Source: Acidobacteriota bacterium (GTDB taxonomy: Bacteria; Acidobacteriota; Terriglobia; UBA7540). From it: 64,000 nt of DNA. Both the position numbers and the translations under genes were made by a program. This document shows, in pieces, positions 57,161 to 64,000 of the stretch (the first letter of the stretch is position 1; every line of letters begins with the position of its first letter). The stretch spans positions 21,172-85,171 of the forward strand of contig PLSX01000216.1 of assembly GCA_003165315.1 (NCBI GenBank), given 5' to 3'. A model generated the notes under the pieces. That model was not told the origin of the DNA, did not search any database, and saw only the letters and a program-made list of their open reading frames with translations.

Positions 57161-60088
57161 ATGGGGAACTATCTTAGCGGCTCGGGGTTTACACTTTTTC
57201 TTCCAGTCTTGGCGATCGCCCTGGTGCTGGTGGGGATGCTTCTCCCCAGATGGCGCGGACGGACCCAAACGTTGCACCGCAATACAGACGTCTTCTGGTT
57301 TTCCAGCCTCCACTTTTTCGGCAAAGAACTTTCCGAGTGTCGTGATCCCCAACAAATGGTGGACCACTCGCTCCGTGCCGCCATCGAAATGCTTGGCGCA
57401 GAGCAGGGTTACATGCTGCTCCAGGAAGAGGGTGACGAGGGGAAGGTGCACTGTAGCATTTCCGGGGTTTCACCTGAGGGAGTGGAGCGGCTGAGCCAGG
57501 ATTCCCTCCGCTACTATCTGCTTTCCAGCGGCGGGCGGTGGGGGGCACTGATGGTCTTCCCCGACCTGCGCCGGTCGGAAGTGGTTGCGGCGTGGCAGCG
57601 CGACCCTGACTTCCACGAATTCCGAGACGTAATGAGGCATGAAGGGTTGCGGACAGTTGTGGTTGTGGTGATGCAGGTTCGCGAGAAATCATATGGCGCA
57701 CTAATACTGGGTTTTCGCCGCATTCGGACCTTTTCGCCGCAGGAATTGAAGGTAGCTTTGGCGATTGGAGTTCAGGTGAGTGTGGCCGTGGAAAATTGGT
57801 CGCTAAACCGGGCGGCGGAGCGGCGCAGCGAAGAGTTGAAAACTCTGCATCGGGTGGGCGAAGCCCTGCGCACCACGTTTGATATGCGTGCCCAAATTGA
57901 AATCCTCCGCCAGGAATTGAAGGGATTGTTGGGAGGATCGAATTTTGCCCTGGCCCTGCAGGACGCGGCAGATGGGCCGTTGGAAGTTATCGTGCCGTTT
58001 GACCGCGAAGGTCCGCAACATACACCACAAGGTGGCCCCGCGAGTTCTCTGGCGCAATATGTGCAGAAAACCCGGCAGCCCCTGCTGGTCCCCAACGATG
58101 TTCAAGCAACGGTGCGGCGATTGGGCTTGGCGCCGGTGAATCCGAATATCAAGACCTGGAGCGGGGTGCCCCTCCATTTTTCCGATGGAACCATGGGCGT
58201 GCTGGGGCTGGCGGATATGGAGCGGGAGTTCGCTATCAGCAAGACTCAGTTCGATCTTGTGCAAGTGCTGGCACAGGAGGCAGCCGGCGCCGTGGAGAAC
58301 GCCAGGCTTTTTAAACGGGAACAGCGGCGCTCAAGCCATCTGGCATTGCTGAATGAATTAGGGCGCAAGGCAAATTCGGTCTTGAACCCCAAGGAATTGC
58401 TGCCCACAATCTGCCAGCAGGTCCGCAGCGCCTTCGGCTATGACCTGGGGCGGATCGAAATGGTTGCACCGGGAGGCGAAGAATTGGTGGTGGAAGCGGA
58501 GGCTGGATACGGGCCGGAATTGGTGGGGCGCCGCATTCGCATGGGTGAGGGCCTTTCGGGGGTTGCGGCGGAGTCCGGCGAACCGGTGCTGGCGAACTCC
58601 GTGGTGAAAGAACCCCGCTACATTGCCTTGCATCCCGGCATCCGATCGGCATTGAGCCTTCCCTTGAAGTACCGCGAGGAATTGATGGGGGTCTTGAGCC
58701 TTGAGAGCAAGCAGGCGTACGCCTTCTCGCAGCAGGACGTGCTGACCTTGCGAACCCTGGCGGACCAGCTTGCCGTTGCCCTGCACAACGCGCAAGCCTA
58801 TCAGGTGGCGTTGGAGCAGGCCATCACCGATGGGCTGACGGGATTGAAAACCCATCGCTATTTCATGGAGGCTCTTGATCGCGAGTGGCGCCACTCCACG
58901 CGCACGGGCCAGACCTTCTCCGTCATCATGATGGATCTGGACGGATTTAAGCAGGTCAACGACCGGCATGGCCACTTGGAAGGTGACAAGGTTTTGACGG
59001 CTGTTGCTCAACTGCTCAACGACCGCGTACGGCAATCGAATGTGGTGGCGCGATATGGGGGCGACGAGTTTGCCATCATGTTGCCCGATACTCGCACCGA
59101 TCAAGCGGAGACCCTGGCGGAGCGATTGCGCTCAAGCATTGAATCGGATGGCTATCTGTCCGCCCATGGAGTGACAGCGAGTTTTGGAATTGCCTCCTTT
59201 CCCTTGCATGGCCCCACGCAGGAGGAAATTCTGCGGGTGGCGGATTCCGGAATGTACCTGGCCAAACATCAACAAGGCAATAGCGTCCGGGTCGCTTCGC
59301 TGAGCATCGGCTCAGTGCGGTCCGAATGGGAGACCAAGTTGCTTGAGGCTTACCTGGGCGTAACCATGAAGCGCATGTTCTCCACCGGGCCGGAAGTCTT
59401 TGATCATTACCTCGAGCGCTTTCAAAACGTCACCTTGAAAGGGAACGGCGAGTCTCCATCATTGCTGGATATCGTGACCGCACTGGCTTTTGCCATCGAC
59501 GCCAAGGACCATTACACCCAGGGTCATTCGCAATCGGTTTCACGCATCGCCGCCCAGATCGCACGCCAGATGGGCCTTTCCGAAGGGTCGATTGAGGAAG
59601 TTCGTTTGGGCGCCATTCTTCACGATGTCGGCAAGATTGGCGTGCCGGAGTCGATTCTCAACAAAACTACGCGCCTGAGCCGGGAAGAATTTGAATTGAT
59701 GAAAGCCCACACAATCCTGGGGGCGAAGATTCTCGAACCCTTGAAGCTGAAGTCCATCGAACGGATTCGCGGTATGGTGCGAAATCATCATGAGATGGTC
59801 GACGGGACGGGCTACCCCGACCGTTTGAAAGGCGACGAGATTCCTCTGGGCGCTCGCATCATCGCTGTGGCGGACGGCTTCGATACCATGGTTTCAGCAA
59901 GGGCTTACAAGCCTGGCCGCACCGTCGATGACGCCATCCAGGAATTACGCCGGTGCAGCGGGACACAATTCGATCCCAACATTGTTGAGGCCCTTGCCCA
60001 CTCACTGGAACACACGCTTGATCCGGTTTCCCGCGATGGCATTAATGAGCCGCCGATCAATCCCCTGAATAATCGCTTAGTGCCCTGA
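57161..60088 (+). CDS. membrane-anchored GAF-GAF-GAF-GGDEF-HD-GYP protein (c-di-GMP turnover)
   Basis: N-terminal TM. The GGDEF domain has an intact RYGGDEFAI active site, with no RxxD I-site at the usual position. HD-GYP motifs are ILHDVGKIGVPE and HHEMVDGTGYPDRL. Confidence 0.9.
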   Translation: MGNYLSGSGFTLFLPVLAIALVLVGMLLPRWRGRTQTLHRNTDVFWFSSLHFFGKELSECRDPQQMVDHSLRAAIEMLGAEQGYMLLQEEGDEGKVHCSISGVSPEGVERLSQDSLRYYLLSSGGRWGALMVFPDLRRSEVVAAWQRDPDFHEFRDVMRHEGLRTVVVVVMQVREKSYGALILGFRRIRTFSPQELKVALAIGVQVSVAVENWSLNRAAERRSEELKTLHRVGEALRTTFDMRAQIEILRQELKGLLGGSNFALALQDAADGPLEVIVPFDREGPQHTPQGGPASSLAQYVQKTRQPLLVPNDVQATVRRLGLAPVNPNIKTWSGVPLHFSDGTMGVLGLADMEREFAISKTQFDLVQVLAQEAAGAVENARLFKREQRRSSHLALLNELGRKANSVLNPKELLPTICQQVRSAFGYDLGRIEMVAPGGEELVVEAEAGYGPELVGRRIRMGEGLSGVAAESGEPVLANSVVKEPRYIALHPGIRSALSLPLKYREELMGVLSLESKQAYAFSQQDVLTLRTLADQLAVALHNAQAYQVALEQAITDGLTGLKTHRYFMEALDREWRHSTRTGQTFSVIMMDLDGFKQVNDRHGHLEGDKVLTAVAQLLNDRVRQSNVVARYGGDEFAIMLPDTRTDQAETLAERLRSSIESDGYLSAHGVTASFGIASFPLHGPTQEEILRVADSGMYLAKHQQGNSVRVASLSIGSVRSEWETKLLEAYLGVTMKRMFSTGPEVFDHYLERFQNVTLKGNGESPSLLDIVTALAFAIDAKDHYTQGHSQSVSRIAAQIARQMGLSEGSIEEVRLGAILHDVGKIGVPESILNKTTRLSREEFELMKAHTILGAKILEPLKLKSIERIRGMVRNHHEMVDGTGYPDRLKGDEIPLGARIIAVADGFDTMVSARAYKPGRTVDDAIQELRRCSGTQFDPNIVEALAHSLEHTLDPVSRDGINEPPINPLNNRLVP

Positions 60089-60185
60089 TCGGATGAAGTG
60101 GATCGGCAGATCGGTCGATCCACTGACCCCATGATCAACACGCGCATGGGGTGACCTTTGTTCACCCCATCATCCGGTTTCCCGG

Positions 60186-61307
60186 TCATTTGAACCTTGT
60201 CGGTCTGTAGACTTCAATGGGCCTGGAAGTAAAACCTTTCACAATTAGGTCCGCAATGATTTCCGCTGTTACCGGCGCAAGAAGGATGCCATTGCGGAAG
60301 TGGCCGGTGGCGAAAGTCAGGTTCTCAATCTCTCCATAGCCTAGGATTGGAAGGTGATCCACGGTGTCGGGCCGCAGGCCTGCCCAGGCGCGCAGGAAGA
60401 GGGCTTTTCCCACCATCGGCGCAATGCGGACCGCCCCTTCCATTAGCGAAAGCAATCCGTTGGCCGTCACAGTCTTTTCAAAGCCAGTGTGCTCTGAAGT
60501 GGCGCCCACCAACAGGCGGCGCCCCGGGCGCGGCACCAGGTAGTGCATTCCGGAGCGCACTACGAAGGGCAACTCGCGCTCAACCTCGAACTCCATCATT
60601 TGCCCGCAGCAGGGAGCGACGGGTACCTTGATCCCAAGCCCTTCGGCGATTTTCCCCGACCAGCATCCTGCCGCCAGAACATATGTTTTTGCCGTATAGC
60701 GGGTGTCGTTTTCCTCCACAACGCTGTCAATGCGGTCGCCGGTCAGGTTGAACTTATGAACAGCGCACCCGGCTTCCAGCCGCACGCCCGCACGCTGACA
60801 GGCAATCAGTAAAGCTCGCATCAAGCGCTCATTATCAACCCAGTGATCTTCGGGAATAAACAGGCCGCCGCGGACATGGGGGGAAAGGTCTGCTCCGCGG
60901 CCCTGAATTTCGCCGGGCGTCAGCGGATCGAGCGAATATCCTTGCGCGGTCTGCACGCGCTGGATTTCCCCCAATTCCCGCTCGATCTTTTCGTCAAGCG
61001 CCACCATCAGGGAGCCGTCGCTGCGATAGCCGGCGTGATGGCCACTGGACTCTTCGATTTCAGCCGCGAAACGCGGGTAAAGATTGCGGCTGGCGACGCA
61101 CAACTCTGAAAATGTACGGGGCTCCAGCATCTCCCCCAAAGGCGCCAGCATGCCCCCCGCGGCGCTACTAGCCTCGCCGCCCGGTTCGGCGCGGTCAAGA
61201 ACCGTTACCTTCATCCCCGCCTGCGCCAAGCGCCAGGCAATGGAGCAACCGATGATCCCCCCGCCGATAACCAGCACGTCGGCAGCGCGTGATGAATGCT
61301 CAGCCAT
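60186..61307 (-). CDS. FAD-dependent glycine/D-amino-acid oxidase, ThiO-like
   Basis: DVLVIGGGIIGCSIAWRLAQAGMKVTVLDR dinucleotide fold. ~370 aa from the Met at 61307, with DAO-family layout. The ThiO assignment is tentative because no other thi genes are adjacent. Confidence 0.65.
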   Translation of the reverse strand: MAEHSSRAADVLVIGGGIIGCSIAWRLAQAGMKVTVLDRAEPGGEASSAAGGMLAPLGEMLEPRTFSELCVASRNLYPRFAAEIEESSGHHAGYRSDGSLMVALDEKIERELGEIQRVQTAQGYSLDPLTPGEIQGRGADLSPHVRGGLFIPEDHWVDNERLMRALLIACQRAGVRLEAGCAVHKFNLTGDRIDSVVEENDTRYTAKTYVLAAGCWSGKIAEGLGIKVPVAPCCGQMMEFEVERELPFVVRSGMHYLVPRPGRRLLVGATSEHTGFEKTVTANGLLSLMEGAVRIAPMVGKALFLRAWAGLRPDTVDHLPILGYGEIENLTFATGHFRNGILLAPVTAEIIADLIVKGFTSRPIEVYRPTRFK

Positions 61308-61580
61308 ATTGAAACCAATCGTCAGTGAACGGCACGACGTCACTCCTGCCGCGACTGATTGCCTGCCATCAGCCACCTACCCAATCGACTCTTAACACTG
61401 CCCTTTTCCCAGTTTTTGCCAAGCGAGGCGAGGGGTCAAGGGGATTCTTCGGGTCTTTGGATTTGTGCTGTCTCCCGGCGTCGTTTCTGCTCCCGGCAAA
61501 GCGACTTTCATTGCCCTGGAATCCAGCATCAGGGCATCAGATTTCAGACTTGGCTGCTCGTCCCTTACAACTTGCATTTT

Positions 61581-62100
61581 CACTAACCACCTTTATTTTC
61601 ATCAACATCGTGGAAAGCGACTTGTAACTATCTTTGTTTTCATCAACATCGTGGAAGAGCAAAAGCGGACATTTTTTCTACATTTGTTTTCAGTGACTTA
61701 GGGATAATTTTTCATAATTTCCCCCCCTTTTTTTTTACCCTCCAGAATTCACAGGGAATTTAATAAATGTCTTATTTTTCAATAATATAGAAGTTTGAGG
61801 AATTTCTATCATTTTCGATTAAATCCTTTTTTTTCTTATATATCGTGGAAAGCAAACCCCGTTCCATCACTCCGATTCTCCGATCCCCCGCTAAGTTCCT
61901 GTATGCAAAGAGAATAGAGCCTCTGACTTATTGTCTGAAATTGCTAACCCCTTGTGTTTTCTTCTACATCGTGGAAAGGTGAGTCCAGGCATCCACTCCG
62001 ATTTTCCGTTTCCACGCTAACTCCTTGTATTCAAAGAGAATAATTGCTGTGACTTAAAGTCTGAAATCACTAACCCCTTGTGTTTTGTCGTACATCGTGG
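61581..62100 (+). repeat. AT-rich intergenic locus with 5 direct copies of the TTTTC-N7-ACATCGTGGRA motif, including two 126-nt tandem units
   Basis: Copies end in CGTGG at 61613, 61654, 61848, 61974 and 62100. The last three are spaced exactly 126 nt apart and the intervening units are clearly homologous. An AT-rich core with long T runs lies at 61660-61840. Confidence 0.85.
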
Positions 62101-62782
62101 GAAGGCGCGGAAATTCCCCCGGAAATTGGACCCAGGACGAGAGAGCCGGGACACAGCATCTTCCCTCGGAAAATAGGTTCTGGACGCCCCAGATAAAGTC
62201 CCCACTCACGGGTTTTCGCCCCCCTGATCCTGGCGCTGAAGTTCTGACCGGTCGACCCGGCAGGTTGGATTGCTGGGGCTTCGAGAAGAGGTGAGAATTG
62301 GGGAGGGACATAACGATACCCCACAGTAACACATGGTTATTATATCTAGAGATACTTCTCAAGTCAAGGAAAATCTACCAGATTCAGAGGCTACAAAAAG
62401 TCGCATCCGGGCGGCCATCCTGACGTCTTCGGGGCTGCTTTGGCGCAGGGGATGGCGCGCCGCCCCCTGGTTCCGCATTCACTTTGCGGAATTGCAGCAG
62501 GGGCGCCCCTCGTGAGCGCCCGGAAACGCCTGGATCGAATTCCGGCGGGAGGGGGCAGGCACGAGGCCTGCCCCTGCGCCTGCTTTCTTTCGCCGCGCCG
62601 CGGTTCGGTGGGCGCTTCAACCGGCGGGCATTATTGTATTTCTTGACAGAAAACTGAAAGCTGATGACTTCAGCGGTACGCCTGATTCATATCCGGGCAA
62701 GGGGAAAGACCCGCAAAGTAATTCGGCTCTGAGCGGAATGACTTTGCGCTACCTTTCTCCGTGCTAGCTCGCTCTTCGACCC

Positions 62783-64000
62783 TCACTTGATCGCGGAGGT
62801 TCCCTCCACGCGGACGGTGACAATCTGAAAGGGTTTGACGGAGAAGTGGAATCCGTGGGGCGAGGCCGTGAGCGCACTCTGGTTCCGTTCCAAAGCATCG
62901 GCCATTGTCGCCGCTTGCACATTCAGCAGCGGAGTCTCGGCGTTGACCTCCGCGGGTTTTCCCGCCAATTCCAGAAAGCGCAGAATCGTTCCCTTGCCAT
63001 CTTCCGCTGCCTTCCACGTCACCAGAGCGACATCGGGTTGATCCACTTTCAGGAAGCTCGCCTGCGCTGTATCCAGGGGCCGCGGTGAATTGATGGCTTT
63101 GTCCTGCGAAGTGATCTGGTCAACTTCCAGGGGAGACATCTCTTCGCGCCCGAGGCGGCTCAATTGTGCAGGCTCAAGATTGGCGCCACTTGTCAGGACG
63201 TAGCGGAAGGTGAAATCCCCACCCTGGCCCGCGGCATAATTGGTGAAGTAGTAATTGTTCATGACCTGGGAAAAGATAGTGCCATTGCGGCGGCCGAATT
63301 CACGCGGCCATGTACCGCGCACGATGTCTCCCAGGGTGATCAGCGATGCGTCCACAGGGATGATGGCCGCCGTCGCGCCGTCCTGGTCCGCCGCCACCCA
63401 ATGCTGCACGGAGAACCACTCTTTTCCCGCTCCCGGCAGTTGATCGTGGGCCGGATTCACGAAGCCATTCTGGATTTCATAGCGGAATTGCGGCTGATCC
63501 ATGGCCAGGGGAAAGGCAAAGTAGATACCTTCTTTGGAATAGACCTCCGTCTTGCGCACGTGGTTGATGAACTCAATCTTCTTTTGTCCCTTAAAGAGGA
63601 TGATTTCGGTTTCAATCTGCGGTGTGTTAACGCCCGAGCTTTCAAGGCGCGCCGCCATGCCGAAAGGCTCTTGGGTAAGGGACACCAGGCGCCCGCCGCC
63701 CGCATTGTGAATGGTGAGTTCAGGAATCGGCCAGTTGGCGCTGTATTCGAGCAGCCGATTGGGGCTCTGGTCACCTCCCGTGACGTAGAGATATTGGTCA
63801 AACTTGTAAGGGCTGCCGGTGTTCACCAGTTCCTTGCTCAGCTCCTTATCGAAAATGCTCTTCACTGCTCCACTCTCCGCATCCAAAACCACGCGGTAGA
63901 ATTGATTCTCCATGGTGCTGGCGGAAACCGGTTGGGGCGCGGGCGGCGCGTCGGGGATTTCCTTCAATGAATAAGCCTTGTAACCCACCGACGGCACGTC
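62783..64000 (-). CDS. glycoside hydrolase family 38 (alpha-mannosidase)-like protein, C-terminal part; gene runs off the right edge
   Basis: ...MENQFYRVVLDAESGAVKSIFDKELSKELVN... and the following beta-rich ~350 aa resemble the GH38 C-terminal domains. The reading frame is open to the window end. Confidence 0.6.
   Translation of the reverse strand, partial: DVPSVGYKAYSLKEIPDAPPAPQPVSASTMENQFYRVVLDAESGAVKSIFDKELSKELVNTGSPYKFDQYLYVTGGDQSPNRLLEYSANWPIPELTIHNAGGGRLVSLTQEPFGMAARLESSGVNTPQIETEIILFKGQKKIEFINHVRKTEVYSKEGIYFAFPLAMDQPQFRYEIQNGFVNPAHDQLPGAGKEWFSVQHWVAADQDGATAAIIPVDASLITLGDIVRGTWPREFGRRNGTIFSQVMNNYYFTNYAAGQGGDFTFRYVLTSGANLEPAQLSRLGREEMSPLEVDQITSQDKAINSPRPLDTAQASFLKVDQPDVALVTWKAAEDGKGTILRFLELAGKPAEVNAETPLLNVQAATMADALERNQSALTASPHGFHFSVKPFQIVTVRVEGTSAIK

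Noticed and set aside
61400-61560. TPP (THI-box) riboswitch upstream of the ThiO-like gene on the minus strand
   Set aside because: The minus strand contains CUGAAAU and CCCUGAUGCUGGAUUCCAGGG, which superficially resemble the CUGAGA and CCUGAUCUGGAUAAUGCCAGCGUAGGGA elements. However, the CUGAGA core is imperfect, the GCGUAGGGA pyrophosphate-sensing part is missing, and the second segment folds as a simple CCCUG/CAGGG hairpin. An Infernal scan with RF00059 would settle it.
2601-62100. The two motif loci as attL/attR boundaries of a ~59-kb integrated element
   Set aside because: The interior is dominated by housekeeping and typical chromosomal genes (hemA, ppiD-like, sensor kinases, ADOP permeases). 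It has no integrase, conjugation or phage genes. The loci are multi-copy composite elements rather than a single duplicated core site.
61581-62100. Reading the GTGG end of the motif as a sigma-54 (-24 GG / -12 GC) promoter
   Set aside because: Only one copy (TGGAAAGCGACTTGTA at 61611) has a TTG at the right distance. The other eight copies have unrelated sequence at the -12 position.
1-64000. tRNA, rRNA, tmRNA, transposase, integrase or cas genes
   Set aside because: I found no T-loop/acceptor-like GGTTCGAATCC-type sequence outside coding regions. There are no rRNA-like conserved blocks. No ORF carries DDE, tyrosine/serine-recombinase or Cas signatures. A tRNAscan/Infernal run would be the definitive check.

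Overview
This is about 64 kb of high-GC bacterial chromosome. The gene content fits Acidobacteriota best: a PadR regulator followed by two ADOP-type duplicated MacB-like permeases, a >1000-aa FG-GAP/Ig-like surface protein, many Sec/Tat-exported enzymes, and very large multi-PAS hybrid kinases. I could not support any rRNA, tRNA, CRISPR array, transposase or integrase.

About 45 protein-coding genes and several gene remnants are supportable:
- Left end: glycosyltransferase/GmhA-like operon, two decayed toxin-antitoxin loci, an ABC ATPase with a polytopic membrane partner, and PadR + 2x ADOP.
- Next: SDR, an outer-membrane barrel, the FG-GAP giant protein and a GH36 alpha-galactosidase.
- hemA next to a c-type cytochrome cluster (a hexa-CxxCH membrane cytochrome flanked by two mini-cytochromes) plus a DsbA-like protein.
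- Middle: CHASE4 hybrid kinase, PpiD-like chaperone, FGE/SUMF1-like enzyme, and a Tat-exported TIM-barrel/GMC oxidoreductase/gluconate-DH-subunit-3 trio.
- A fatty-acid desaturase.
- A repeat-rich accessory graveyard at about 46.4-51.6 kb: truncated C5-methyltransferase, HNH endonuclease, PIN toxin module, azoR fragment.
- Right end: a 1569-aa hybrid kinase, a GAF-GGDEF-HD-GYP protein, a ThiO-like oxidase and a GH38-like hydrolase.

The best candidate for a novel system is at 42.06-43.70 kb. A borosin-type (OphMA/SonM-like) peptide backbone alpha-N-methyltransferase is translationally coupled to a much larger than usual precursor-like partner. A PilZ protein and a triple Cys/His-rich tandem-repeat protein sit next to it.

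The second strong unexplained signal is a conserved non-coding motif, GTTTTC-N7-ACATCGTGGRA. It occurs in 4 and 5 same-strand copies in two AT-rich intergenic loci 59 kb apart, one of which has an exact 126-nt tandem period.

All homology statements come from reading the translations by eye against remembered family signatures. No searches or alignments were run.
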